64,000 nt of DNA from Coniocarpon cinnabarinum (GCA_051942205.1 JAVECO010000005.1:186001-250000); one strand, 5' to 3'; counted from the stretch's first letter, positions 49,325-62,735 are shown. The notes: a model not told the origin generated them from the sequence alone. Program-made: numbers and translations.

Positions 49325-50875
49325 ATGGAGTCCGCGTCCACGAACAACTTGAAGACCGATATTGAAACGCTTTCGCTTGGTTTCGAAGCGCTCTTCTCCA
49401 CAGTTTCGGCGCTGCTTCTCGCACATGAGGCTCTAGAGCAGAAGTTGAGGACGACTACGGAAGAGGTACGTGAGCGCTTTTCTCTGGTCACCTTGGTTTA
49501 CACGATGAGAACACATTTAGCTCTAGATCTCTAGCTCCTTTGAAGCTCTGAGAGACACTTCAACCGCATTAATGCCTGATTAAAACCATCTCTCGAAATT
49601 GCGATGCTTCTGTGCAACAATCCAGCTGACATCTCCCAGTGTGAACAATTGCGGCGCCTTTGTCCCGAGTCCCAAGTGGAAAGTATTTCATCTACTGCAC
49701 ACTCGCGGAGCAGAGATCCATTTGAGACATCACGAGAACAAGATGTTCTTGTCGGGATTGAACAATATGTGGCGAGTGAAAACGATCTCGACTTGATCAA
49801 GAAAGCGATGGAGCTACAAAAGGCCAGCCTGCGCCGTCATAGAGCTGATATACACGCGAAGCGCGCGCCCACGGGTAATCAATCAGTGCCACAACGCTGT
49901 GCCTTCGCTGCAGCGGGAGGCAAGGTACCAGCCGACCACCCTCGCGTGCTGCAAACCCGGGACCTCGATGATGGGAAGATTGAGATTGAGACCGATGTTG
50001 GGGAAGTCACAGTTGCAACGAGGTCTAAGCGGGCTTCGTTCCACGACCCACTGGAGACAGCGTCTCATCAAGCTCCAGATGTGCAGTCTGAAGTCGCGTC
50101 CAATACCTCGGGACCGGCTTGTCCTATTCGATTCCTTGATCAGCATTCTCCGGAAGACATTGCCAAGTATTTTGAAGAGCACAAGCACGAGCTACCAAGA
50201 AGTCACGAAGTGTGCGTCAAACGGTTCCAAGCGAACGCAGAGAGCATTCGAGAGCTAGATGCCAAGTACGGGAATCTGGTGGCAATGATACAGGGACTAG
50301 GTCATAAGCACCAGCCCATGTTACACGTCAACCCAGATTCAGAGCCCGCGGCAGCTCCAGCGACAGTCAGCGGTCGGCAAAGCCAAATTGAAGATTGGGC
50401 AAAGGCCGTATCTGATCAAGGTGCCGGAGATGTGAATGCTCTCGAGAGTCGAATAGGACGCTTTGACCGGCCTCTGAAAGACGTCAGAGTAGGCGAGTCT
50501 CCCAGCAGGCCATGGGGGGTGCCAATACCGTCGAAGTATCTAGATGCAGCCGATGCGGTCCTTGAAAAGGACGGGAAAGATATCGAAGAGGGCACAGGGG
50601 CTCAGCCCTCACCAAACATTGCCGTACCGCCACCTGCAGCCGAGCCACGAAAAGCTTCGACCCCGGACCATCTCGAATTGAAAGCCGCACAAGAATCCAA
50701 CGAAGTCCTCAACGGCACGGAAGCGCTACACGGTGTCAGAAGCGTCATTGTCAATCATGGCAGCGTGTTCGTCGGCCAGAAAGGCATCATGAAAGGTATT
50801 GAGCTCGTCAATCATGGCAAGCTATTCCTTGGCGTCGAAATAGACAGAGACGGAATGGGAAGACTCAAAGGGTGA
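49325..50875 (+). CDS. Conserved fungal hypothetical protein (intron 49466-49639, probable snoRNA host)
   Basis: Exon 1 coiled coil, GTACGT...GCTGAC...CAG intron, conserved-looking block CPIRFLDQHSPEDIAKYFEEHKHELPRSHEVCVKR and FDRPLKDVRVGESPSRPWG. Confidence 0.8.
49494..49588 (+). ncRNA. Candidate intronic box C/D snoRNA guiding 18S rRNA 2'-O-methylation
   Basis: C-box-like ACGATGA at 49502-49508, D box CTGA at 49576-49579, terminal stem TGGTTT/AAACCA, and 11-nt guide TTAGCTCTAGA (49517-49527) complementary to conserved 18S UCUAGAGCUAA. Confidence 0.6.
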
Positions 50876-50951
50876 CTGAGTCAGATATGATCTTTGCACA
50901 GCTGCCCGTCATGTGTCCTCGGAAATGCGCGCGTTTCGCTTGACACCGTTT

Positions 50952-51724
50952 CTAGTGCCTTTTTTCATCAGCAAGCCACTCTTGGGTCGCCTTAGCGCTG
51001 TCGTGGGCTGATCGAAACAGCTGTCTCTCGGATTCATCAAGACTCTGTAAGAATTCGCCTCCTCGTGGATTATGGGCATGATCAGCAATGACCATGGCTC
51101 GTTTCTTGAATGTCTGTGTGGCATCAGCATTGAGTTGAAATTATGTTACGCCGGACTAACATCACTGAGCACGTCAACCATCTCATCTTCCTCAAAGAGA
51201 TCGAGCATACGAGCGGCAAGTGTATAAAAATGTGGAGCTTGTGCGCGAACGTCAACTGTTCGCGGGTCCGCTTTGAGCGCATTCATAACACGGCTCGACA
51301 GCGCATGTGGCATATCGATTGTAGCCATCGGATTACTGCCTAGGCTCTGACTATATCATTATGTCAACCGAGAGCCATTCATTCGGCCTGATGGCTCTGC
51401 CTAGCAGGATGACGGAACGAAGAGCGTTTGAAGTTATCGTACCTAACTGCGAGCATCTCTGCTAGCCATAACGGCAACTCAATCTTGGTGCCTTGTTTGA
51501 CCTTTTAGGACGTGAGCTCGAGTCGAGTTCTTTGCGATTTCTCCCCTACATCACTGCCTGCATTTCCTTCAAGATAGCCCAAACCGCGTACCGAGAGGTC
51601 AAATGTACATGGCACTTTCTTTGCGGCACGTTAGACGTGCTTACTCGTGGGGAAATCAATGAATATTCTTCAAGCCTACCTGAGCGTCTGTCAGTATCGC
51701 ATTCACGTCATAGTACGACCCCAT
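50952..51724 (-). CDS. PSF3: GINS complex subunit Psf3 (multi-exon)
   Basis: Spliced MGSYYDVNAILTDAQ|KVPCTF...LGYL|...ELPLWLAEMLA|...VMNALKADPRTVD.RAQAPHFY|TFKKRA..IADHA...LDESERQLFR. Confidence 0.92.
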
Positions 51725-51937
51725 TTCCAGGATTCTTCTCCAGAAATAATGGCGCGTCGTCGAAGACGCGTCTACCTACAGAGAGCTGCCGAGGCAAATA
51801 TGCCTTACTTGCAAGGCTTCCAACATGACGCAGGGGTCACTAGGAGCTCCCGTCCGAGAATCCTCAGACTGGTTATTCTCACCTTAGCAGATCAAACATT
51901 GTGCACGAGGCAGTCTTGTGTCGGAAGCTATACAGCC

Positions 51938-52791
51938 ATGGCAACAGCAATGTTTCGCAACACAGCCGCCCGCTCTACCCTGCGAGCGGCGTCTTCATCA
52001 TCGAAACGAGCGGGTATGGCCGGAGCTGCAATTACCCGGGGAAAGGCAACTCTTCCTGACCTCCCCTGTGAGAAAGCGTCGCATCGATCCCACGCTGAGT
52101 AGATACTGACAATGCATTTGAAGACGACTACGGGGCTCTTGAGCCATCAATTTCCGGCCAGATTATGGAACTTCACCACTGCAAGCACCATCAAACCTAT
52201 GTCAACTCATACAACCAATTCTCCGAACAGATGGCCGAAGCTAATCAAAAGTCGGACGTCGCTGCTCAAAACTCACTTCTGCCTCTGATCAACTTCCATG
52301 GGGGCGGTCATTTGAATCACACACTTTTCTGGGAGAACCTAGCCCCGAAGAACCAGGGAGGTGGAGAACCACCAAGCGGTCCTCTAGGATCTGCCATTGC
52401 AGATAGTTTTGGATCGGTCGATGAGCTGAAGAAGAGGATGAACACTGCATTGGCTGGCATACAGGGCTCTGGCTGGGCATGGCTCGTTCAGGACACACAG
52501 ACGGGAAAGATCGGTGTTAAGACATACGCAGTAAGTATAGCACTCAAAGTCTGTGATCGAGATTTTGCTCACCTCGAATGCAGAACCAAGATCCCGTTGT
52601 TGGCCAATTCCGGCCTCTCTTGGGCATAGACGCATGGGAACACGCGTACTAGTAAGTGTTGCAACCATCTCTAAGTTCTGGCAGGTGATACTAAGAAGAT
52701 CAGTTTGCAATACCAGAACCGGAAAGCCGAGTATTTCAATGCTATTTGGGACGTAATCAACTGGAAGGCCGTTGAGAAGCGATTCAAGTAA
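51938..52791 (+). CDS. SOD2: Mitochondrial Mn superoxide dismutase (4 exons)
   Basis: Presequence, LPDLPYDYGALEP, LHHCKHH, NFHGGGHLNH, QGSGW and DAWEHAYYLQY. Confidence 0.96.
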
Positions 52792-53236
52792 GCGCTGTCA
52801 GTCGTCACCTTTTCGCTGACGTTACTCGTCTTGATCGGACGGCAACTGACCTTGGGAGGTAGCAACGTTGCAGGCTCGGCGACTAATTATGCAACATACG
52901 CCACAACATACGAGCCATCTCAGTCCGCAGCATCCAAGCTTAGCTCACCGAGATAGACTAAGCATGTAGAATGTGAACAGACTATCACATCGTCTATCCC
53001 CTAAATCCCCCTGACTTCGGAGATACCTTGTCCGAGGTCCGCTGTAGAGTGAGGTCATTCTTATTCCTCTGTGCGATGGAACCAGTTGAAAAGTTAAGAA
53101 TGTGAAGTCCGTCCTGGTCTGCATCAAGTCCATGCTGCTGAGAGTATTACCTATCGCAAGAAAGATTAGTTGGCGGAGTCGATCCAACCTGTTTGTGCGG
53201 CAACTTAACGCATACACATACTTACGACAATACAGC

Positions 53237-54580
53237 ATGGCTCAGCAAGGTAGTACCAGCAATGCTACCACTAATGGTGATGTTGAAAAATCACAGCCAG
53301 AGATGGCGTACATGAGGTGCGTAAGGCGACTTGAGATAGCCAATGGCTCGCTGCTGTTGCCAGCGCCGGCATTTCTCACTTAGAATGCTTACCGTTGTCC
53401 AAAGACTAGGAAATTCAGGTCTCAAGGTTTCCAAAGTCATCCTGGGTGCTATGTCATATGGTAACCCCAAGGTAAGTCCTTGACAAGCAGCAAACACAGC
53501 TTGCTTGGTGCCGAAAGAGAAGCCCTGCGAGCTTCGGCACATCATCGAGCCTACCAGATCGTTTCTGTCTGCTGACCTTCACGTTCCAGTGGCAAGGTTG
53601 GGTCTTGCCTGAAGACCAGTCGCTGCCTCTATTGAAGCACGCTTACGACGTTGGCCTCAACACCTGGGACACAGCTGATGTCTACTCACATGGCGACTCT
53701 GAACGGATTATTGCCAAGGCATTGAAGCAATATCAGATTCCTAGAAGCAGGGTCGTCATCCTTAGCAAATGCCTTTTCGGCGTGGTTGAAGACGGCACGT
53801 TTCCAGCAATTGGTCAGATCAGCAAAAACGAGGGTGCTATGGTGAATCAAGTGGGCTTGAGTCGCAAGCATATTTTCGATGCTGTGGATCGAAGTGTGGA
53901 GAGACTAGGCACATACATTGACGTGAGTATGTTGTTCGCCTACTCGTCTTAGTAGCTAACAAGTCTTCCCTCAGGTGCTTCAAATTCACCGGTTAGATCG
54001 TGATGTGCCGAAAGAAGAGATCATGAAGGCTCTCAATGACGTCGTCGAGTCTGGAAAGGTCAGATACATTGGTGCCTCATCCATGGCGGCATGGGAGTTC
54101 CAGATGCTGCAGAATATCGCCGCTCAAAATGGCTGGCACCGTTTCATTTCGATGCAGAACTATCACAACCTACTTTATCGAGAAGAAGAACGAGAAATGA
54201 TTCCTTACTGCGCAGCAACAGGGGTGGGCTTGATCCCGTGGAGCCCGATTGCACGTGGTGCACTCGCCCGAGGCTGGACTGACCGGAACACGCTTCGTGA
54301 GCAGACTGATCGGATGTTGAACACCATGATACGCAGTCGAGAGACAGAGGCAGACAAGCAAGTGATCGATCGTGTCGAGGAGGTCGCAAAGAAACACGGT
54401 GTGAGCATGACGATTGTAGCTACCGCATGGTGCATCATGAAGGGCGATGCCCCGATTGTAGGATTGAACACAAAGGAGAGGATTGATGAGACGGTGAAAG
54501 CCAGCACGTGGCAGCTACCAGAGAGCGATGCGGCGTACATTGAGGAGCCTTACATTCCAAAGACTGTCAGAGGCTTTTGA
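53237..54580 (+). CDS. Aldo-keto reductase, aryl-alcohol dehydrogenase/YajO-like (multi-exon)
   Basis: RLGNSGLKVSKVILGAMSYG, WDTADVYSHG.SE, GLSRKHIFDAV, LQIHRLD, SGKVRYIGASSM, MQNYHNLLYREEEREM and PWSPIARG. Confidence 0.93.
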
Positions 54581-55600
54581 TTTCCGAGCTCAGGTACTGT
54601 TAAATACTGCAGTGCATTCGCAATGTCATATTCGTAGCCATCCAGATCCTTCGAGATATTGCCGTCACTTGCCGGGTTTTTTTTTATTAAAATAATTGTT
54701 TGCTGTGCGGCTCCACGTGGCCGGAATCCAATCCAGGCAGCGAGTCTCTACGATGGGGACATTTCGGGTCACAAAGCTGTCAGGGGGGCAAGTGCTCTCC
54801 TTGTGAATGACACGTGACACTGTCTCACGTTGTGCTTGCCTGGCTCTCTGTCACTTTACGTAAAGTCCGGAATGTTTGTAGCGATGGAAATCGCTAATGA
54901 AAAGTGTCGTACCCGAAATATCGCAGGTTGCCTACGCGCACATATAAATATATTCCTTCGAGCGACGCATCGAACTTTAGCGCATTACGCCTAGCAAGGT
55001 GATATACATAAAAAAGCACGGTAGGGGATATGGCTGGCCGAGATTATGAGCTGCGCAGAGGGAAAGCTTGTACCTTTACTTGAGACTTGGGAAATTTAGA
55101 ACTTCTTCGCACTGTGATGGTGATCAGCATCAGCAGCACAGGAGTTGCGAGATTACAAGGTAAGAACAGACACTCTGCCGTCAAGTTATACGTCGACTTT
55201 GATGCGCAAAAGTCACTGGCGCCCCTCTCGATTATAAGTGCGCAGGCATACCGGCGCATGTCGAATTGAGTGCTCACGTTTAGTCACGTGCCGGCGGTGC
55301 TAGTTGTGGCGTCCGCCACAGGGGCAGTGGATTACTCTTATAAGCATCAGACGATGGAGGCTGCGACACTCCCTTCGCTACAAACGCCCGCCTTGGCTCT
55401 AGCGCCGGCACTAGCGGCTTCTGTCGCCTTCTGCAGCCTGCCACCTCTACCGCGCTGCTTTAAGAAGCGTCACTCGTCAGGCTTACACTCCCTCCATCCT
55501 TCTTCACCACAACTTCTCACGATCTCCACTGTCAATTCTCAAGAGCCTTCACTCCATTCGCATCAACCACAACTCTCTCTCACTTCGAAACACCGTAAAC

Positions 55601-56633
<1,033 letters not shown>

Positions 56634-57070
56634 CTTTTCCCAGCTCAGGAGTGAGGATGGAATGTTAATGTCATGACGATTTGATGCATTGCCAGCGCAG
56701 ATGTCTCAAGCAGGCATACGAACATTTGGCGCACAGAGGAGCGACGCAAATAGCTTTAGCTTCCTGAATACAGACAAAGCCTACGGGCTTTTGAACGCCA
56801 CTAGCATTTTCTTGTTTATCCTCTTCTATCATGTGTAGAAACGTTAAATCTCTTCGTATCAGGAAGTCCATGATTGAATGCCGTCAATGACGGTCGTGTC
56901 ACGATCGGCTGACAGGGTAAGAAAATCCGACGGTTTACTTGCTGTATGTTGCCTCATGTCATTATCATTCCGCGCTGGCCCGTTTCATATTGAGCTGTGA
57001 ATACCAACGTCAGCTCAAAGATGTTGGTCGTGAGTTACACAACTTATTTTTGAACGATCGCATAGTTTCA

Positions 57071-59020
57071 ATGCCAGCCTACTTCTTCCACCTCGCCTTC
57101 GAGCTCAGCAATCAGCGCATTCAGCGACAAACAACAGCCACTGCAGTGGATTTCTTTGGTGATCGATTGCCCACTCATTATACCTCTTCCTGGGCATCCT
57201 ATATTGCGCCTCGTCGTCAAGATTACAAACAGTCTCAAGCTTTCAGTCGCAAGCCAGGAAGAACGGATAAATCTTCCAGTGCACCAGGAAATCACATTGA
57301 CTGGAGAGCCGACGACATCACTGTCGAGAGTGTGGACATGGAGGTGGCGGTAAAGGATGGCTTGAATAACAGTGAAAATCCGTCCTTGAATGATAGGGAG
57401 AACACGCAGCTTACAACAAATGGCCCTGCAACAAGAGGTAGCTATGTGCCGTCAGATCCTCGCGGCACAGAGCTGGGGTTTGGTGTAATACACATCTATC
57501 GCGACAAACAACCAGCTCTCGAGCTTGATTCAATGACACAAAAAGCGGAAAATCCGGGCACAGACTCCAACGTGAGCCCGGCGTATGTAGACCACGATGG
57601 CACAACTTTGTGTATCCTCGCTGTCCCTTCTTACATGACTCCGTCAGATCTTCTCGGTTGGGTCGGTGAAGAGACAAGGAATACTGTCAGTCATTTCCGC
57701 CTTGTGAGAACTGAGCGCTCGAACAGGTACATGGTGCTCATGAAATTTCGCGAGCCCAAGAGCGCAAAAGAATGGCAGAAGGGCTGGAACGGGAAGCTCT
57801 TCAACGTTACAGAACCTGAAAATTGCCACGTCGTTTTCATCAAATCGATACAATTCCAAACGACGGATGACGCCCACGATCCTAGCTCTTTCCCTGAAAT
57901 GTCTAATGACCCTTTCGCGCCAGCTTTCGTAAAGACCGTGGCAAATGATACATCGCCGCCTTCAGATTCACCGCCTAAATCAGCTGGCAATATTCCCACT
58001 AAGCCAGCGCCTCCTTTACTTGAGCTACCGACTTGCCCAGTATGCCTCGAGCGGATGGATGAGATCACCGGGCTTGCGACGATCTTCTGCCAACATGTCT
58101 TTCATTGTGCGTGTCTGCAGAAGTGGCCTGGCAGCGCATGTCCTGTGTGCCGACACACGCAGCAAATGCCAACTCCCCAGTCTGACAAGAAGTCTTCTGT
58201 ACAGAGCGAATGCAACATCTGTGGCGCTACCGGAAACCTCTGGATCTGCTTAATATGCGGGCATATCGGCTGCGGGCGTTATGACGATGCACATGCCTTT
58301 GCTCACTTCCAACATAGCAATCATAGCTTCGCGATGGATATCAGCTCCCAACATATATGGGATTACCTCGGGGACGAATATGTACATCGACTGATCCAGA
58401 ACAAAGCAGATGGCAAGCTCGTGGAGCTTCCAGGGTCCACGAAAAGCGACAAATCTGGCAGTGACGACGGCTTCTCGGTCGACAAGATCGAGAGTCTGAG
58501 CCAGGAATACACTCAGTTACTGCAAAGTCAACTGGATAGCCAACGTACGTATTTCGAGGAGCAGGTTGCGCGCGCTGTCGACAAAGCTTCTGCCGCAAGC
58601 GCTGCTGCAGAACAGGCTGCAGATCGGGCAGTGAAAGCTTGGTCTCGTCTGGAGGCAGTTGAAGCTTCAAATCATACCGCGACCAAAGACACTATTCCGT
58701 CCCTGGAAAAAGACAAAGATCGGGCGGAGCGCAAAGCACAGAAACTGGAAAGCATGTCGCGAGAGCTACAACGAGAATGGAGTGAAAGCAAAGTCATCAA
58801 CGAGTCCCTCATGGACCGAATATCGCACCTTGAGAAGCAGCTCGAGGAGGCCAACCTCAAAAACAGTGAGCTTGAGGAACAAAATCGAGACTTGAGCTTC
58901 TTTATCAGTGGGATGGAGAAGATGAAGGACCAGGGCGAAGAGGTGAGAGAGGGCACGGTCAGCGTGCCGGATGCACCAGCGCCGGGTAAGAAAAAGAAGA
59001 AGAAACTAGGACAGAGATGA
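57071..59020 (+). CDS. ETP1: BRAP2/Etp1 RING E3 ligase with zf-UBP and coiled coil
   Basis: BRAP2 domain (LCILAVPSYM, NRYMVLMKF), RING CPVCLERMD...CQHVFHCACL...CPVC, zf-UBP LWICLICG.IGCGRYD..HA and WDY.GD.YVHRLIQ. Confidence 0.93.
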   Translation: MPAYFFHLAFELSNQRIQRQTTATAVDFFGDRLPTHYTSSWASYIAPRRQDYKQSQAFSRKPGRTDKSSSAPGNHIDWRADDITVESVDMEVAVKDGLNNSENPSLNDRENTQLTTNGPATRGSYVPSDPRGTELGFGVIHIYRDKQPALELDSMTQKAENPGTDSNVSPAYVDHDGTTLCILAVPSYMTPSDLLGWVGEETRNTVSHFRLVRTERSNRYMVLMKFREPKSAKEWQKGWNGKLFNVTEPENCHVVFIKSIQFQTTDDAHDPSSFPEMSNDPFAPAFVKTVANDTSPPSDSPPKSAGNIPTKPAPPLLELPTCPVCLERMDEITGLATIFCQHVFHCACLQKWPGSACPVCRHTQQMPTPQSDKKSSVQSECNICGATGNLWICLICGHIGCGRYDDAHAFAHFQHSNHSFAMDISSQHIWDYLGDEYVHRLIQNKADGKLVELPGSTKSDKSGSDDGFSVDKIESLSQEYTQLLQSQLDSQRTYFEEQVARAVDKASAASAAAEQAADRAVKAWSRLEAVEASNHTATKDTIPSLEKDKDRAERKAQKLESMSRELQREWSESKVINESLMDRISHLEKQLEEANLKNSELEEQNRDLSFFISGMEKMKDQGEEVREGTVSVPDAPAPGKKKKKKLGQR

Positions 59021-59537
59021 AGATGAAGTCTTGTCATCTCGCTTGCCGTAGCTCAGAGAACTCGAAGACTCTCAGGCTGTCTGAAGGGCGAAGCAGAGGG
59101 ATGACCCTGCTGTCCCCATTATCGTCTTCTGCTGTTGCCTTTCCTAATGTAGACTGTTGGAGTGATTCGAGTGCCAGACGATAGTTTCGCGACTCGCTGT
59201 TGACTGGCCAATGGACGTGAGATGGTCGGCCCGTGCACCGGGGATGAGAGAATGGAAGAGTCCTAAACGGGCGCCGGCGCGGTCCCTTGCAGCCCAGCTC
59301 CGCCGTGAGAATAATTAATTTTGGGACCAGTCAATCCTCGCGCCATTGGCATTTCCCAGCAGTCCCTGTGTTGTTGTGGTCGAATTTCAGACTGCGCTGC
59401 TTCGTGCCACCCTGACCTGCTAAGCACGTGTAGCATCAACCTACGTATCTTGGCCGTCATATTGCCGCAGCCATTGGCAACCCGAGCGCTTCACACTTGC
59501 ACCTCGGTGTCAAACCACGTAAAAGCCCTCAACAACC

Positions 59538-60938
59538 ATGAAAGGTGCGCTCGGAAGCATGGAGCGGCATCCAAACACAACTGATCGCCCTCTGCAGCTC
59601 TCATCCTTGTGGGTGGCTTCGGCACCCGCCTGCGTCCCCTCGTACGTGTTAGCCTCCAGTCTTCGCCGCGGTCAGGAGTCAACGAGCCACAGCGCTCCCA
59701 CCTCGAGCCGGGCTCGCAAGGATATGTGCAGAGCTCACCATGCTGGTAGACCCTCACTCTGCCGAAGCCGCTTGTCGAGTTCGGCAATCGACCTATGATC
59801 TTGCACCAAGTCGAGGCACTCGCCGCCGCCGGCGTGACAGATATCGTGCTTGCTGTCAATTACAGACCGGAGATTATGACTGCTGCGTTGAAACAGGTGA
59901 GATCAGTCATGTCCACCATCGACACTTTCAGCCGAAGTGCAGTCTTCTGGCAGTTCGAGCTGACGCAAGCGCTTGACCACAGTATGAGCAAATATACAAC
60001 ATTCGCATCGAGTTCTCCGTAGAGACAGAGCCATTGGGCACTGCAGGACCTCTCAAGCTTGCCGAAAAAATCCTCGGAAAGGACGACTCCCCGTTCTTCG
60101 TCCTAAACTCCGACATCATCTGCGACTACCCGTTCCGAGAGCTGGTAGACTTTCACAAATCACACGGCAACGAGGGTACGATAGTTGTGACAAAAGTTGA
60201 AGAACCTAAGAACTATGGTGTCATCGTTCACAGGCCAGGGAGCGACAGCCACATCGACCGTTTCGTGGAGAAGCCCGTCGAGTTTGTGGGCAACAGGATC
60301 AATGCCGGCATTTACATACTCAATCCGAGCGTATTGAAGAGAATAGAGCTCAGACCAACGAGCATCGAGCAGGAGACTTTTCCTGCGATCGTGAAAGACG
60401 GTCAACTACATTCCTTCGATCTCGAGGGCTTTTGGATGGACGTCGGCCAGCCGAAGGACTTCCTCGCTGGTACTTGTTTGTATCTGGCCTCGCTCTCGAA
60501 GAAGGGCAGTAAAGCGCTCACACCTACAAGCGAGTCCTACGTGCATGGCGGCAATGTGATGATTGACCCGAGCGCCAAGATTGGCAAAAACTGCAAGATC
60601 GGACCAAACGTAACCATCGGTCCTGGCGCTGTCATTGGAGATGGCGTCAGATTACAAAGATGCGTGCTGCTCAAGAATTGTAAGGTCAAAGAGCACGCGT
60701 GGGTGAAGAGCACGATAGTAGGGTGGAATTCGACAGTCGGCAGATGGGCAAGACTTGAAAATGTGACGGTTCTCGGAGATGATGTGAGCGTTGCGGATGA
60801 GATTTACGTGAATGGAGGCAGCGTGCTCCCACATAAGAGCATCAAGGCCAACGTTGATTGTAAGTCTTTGAGCGGCAACTTAGACCTCCAGTCAGATCCC
60901 GATACTAACCTTAATCAGCACCGCAGATTATCATGTAA
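59538..60938 (+). CDS. MPG1: Mannose-1-phosphate guanylyltransferase (5 exons)
   Basis: [62 protein letters not shown] and hexapeptide repeats. Confidence 0.97.
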
Positions 60939-61373
60939 GGCAACGAAAAAAGATGTCAATGATACAACGCATTGAAAAACCGTTTGATGGACGGCTGGAC
61001 GTACAAACGGCGCGCATGCAAATATATTTGCCAACACCAATCTCAGGGCAAGAGCTGCGACAAGATACTGATGAAATGTTCGGAGAGTACGTTCCCGTAA
61101 TGTCGTGAGCTCTCCTTACTCTGGCCTAATTCGCAAGCTTGCCAAGCACCACGCCTTGAGTATGATAGCTCAAGGTCACGTGATGCGCGTCTTGTTGGCG
61201 TCATGCCAAGCCCGTCATTTGCCACCTCTAGGTGTTCGGCTGGCACGCGGCCTCAACTCTTGCCTGTCTCTGTAACGTAGCACGTGTTTTCGAGCTCTTG
61301 GGAGAACGACAGCACCTCTTATCGCACAGCGCTCACCGCTTGCACTTTCTCAAGATGACGCTTGAATTGTCTC

Positions 61374-62735
61374 ATGCCCGCAACAATTTTGCTCGTAGGG
61401 GCGCCGTCATTCAAGCGGGTAGAAACATCATGCAGCCAGTCGCATTCCAACAGGGCGTACTGTGCGACATTTGCGACAGCTCTGTCATACTTCAATCAGG
61501 ATCACGACGACCCTATTCAAGACTCACTTGGGACGTTAAAGGCTGCAGACCAAGTTGTGCCTCGAGTAGCAAACCTGCCATCTTTCGAGGTTACTAACTT
61601 CATCAACAGTGCCTCGGACCCCAAATGGCGCGTAGTTGAGCCTGTTCCCCGTCCTCTGCAGACGGGTTTGACGCCACGTAACTGGCTTGCACTTACACCT
61701 GTGCAGTGCGACAGATACATGAAGGACGGCCACAATCTGGCAAACCACGATTCACTGGACTCTGAGATCAGTACCTCTTTTAATACGGACATCGATGAAG
61801 CCATTGCAGAGGACCACGATGGAATTCAAGACGATGAAGCCCTCTTCCTGGAAGAGTCTTTCGCCGTGCATAAAAATACCGCCGACTCAATGATGACGCC
61901 GGCTACTTCATTCAAGAAAGGCATTGTTGGTGAGGACCATGCTTTGATCTTGACGCCGAGCTCGGAGAAAGGCTCAGATGAGCCGCCTTCTTCGCCTCTA
62001 GCGCCCAAGTCCGCGAACAGAGGTCACTCACTGAGGCAAGGATACCGTGAAGACAGGGGTCAAAACTTGCCTAGATACCCACCGACGCCACTCATAGAAT
62101 TACCAACAGCAACTGATATCAATCACGCGCATCCGGCAACTCTCACAGCGAATCTACTTGTGGGTGTTACCGAGATCAAGTCGAGGAGAGTGGTGACGAT
62201 CCGGAGAAATGGCCGTTCTGCAGATTTGCTCGACGTCGTGGTGGCTGATGATTTCTCGAAACAAGGATTCAGTATCAGCTTCTGGCTTGATCACGTGGTG
62301 TCACACGCCCGACTTGACAACCTGCCGCAGCACAGTCCCAAGCAGGACCTTGAGAAAGACCTGTCAGAAGTCCGAATCGGTGATGTGGTCTTGATGACCA
62401 ACATTGGCCTATCTCAATGGAGAGGAACTGTCCACGGCACCAGCCTGGCTCGAGGAAGTTGGCGTACGGAGGTAGGCCTTGTATGGCGGAGAGCATATGG
62501 GTGGTCACGGCTCGGCCGAGAGCTCGGTGCAGACGGGATACATCCAGTTGGCACGCTTCGAAGCACATGGCAGTCTCGCACACGAGCCGTGAAGGCTTTC
62601 GTTAAGACCTCAGTAGCTCTTCCCTTCGGCAAAGACGAGATGAGCTCGCACGCAGACACCTCGGATCACAACATGCCAGCTCGCAGGTTGGATGAAACAA
62701 GATGGCTCCCCAAAGATGACACGCAAGAGATTTGA
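61374..62735 (+). CDS. OB-fold protein resembling shieldin subunit SHLD2/FAM35A
   Basis: N-terminal MPATILLVGAP, acidic disordered linker, and C-terminal OB fold (TANLLVGV...LLDVVVADD...FSISFW...RIGDVVLMTNI...WRG). Confidence 0.7.
   Translation: MPATILLVGAPSFKRVETSCSQSHSNRAYCATFATALSYFNQDHDDPIQDSLGTLKAADQVVPRVANLPSFEVTNFINSASDPKWRVVEPVPRPLQTGLTPRNWLALTPVQCDRYMKDGHNLANHDSLDSEISTSFNTDIDEAIAEDHDGIQDDEALFLEESFAVHKNTADSMMTPATSFKKGIVGEDHALILTPSSEKGSDEPPSSPLAPKSANRGHSLRQGYREDRGQNLPRYPPTPLIELPTATDINHAHPATLTANLLVGVTEIKSRRVVTIRRNGRSADLLDVVVADDFSKQGFSISFWLDHVVSHARLDNLPQHSPKQDLEKDLSEVRIGDVVLMTNIGLSQWRGTVHGTSLARGSWRTEVGLVWRRAYGWSRLGRELGADGIHPVGTLRSTWQSRTRAVKAFVKTSVALPFGKDEMSSHADTSDHNMPARRLDETRWLPKDDTQEI

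Noticed and set aside
53316..53404. Stwintron in AKR intron 1 (GTGC-GTAAGG)
   Set aside because: GTGCGT is a normal fungal donor, and a single intron restores the frame (MR|LGNSG).
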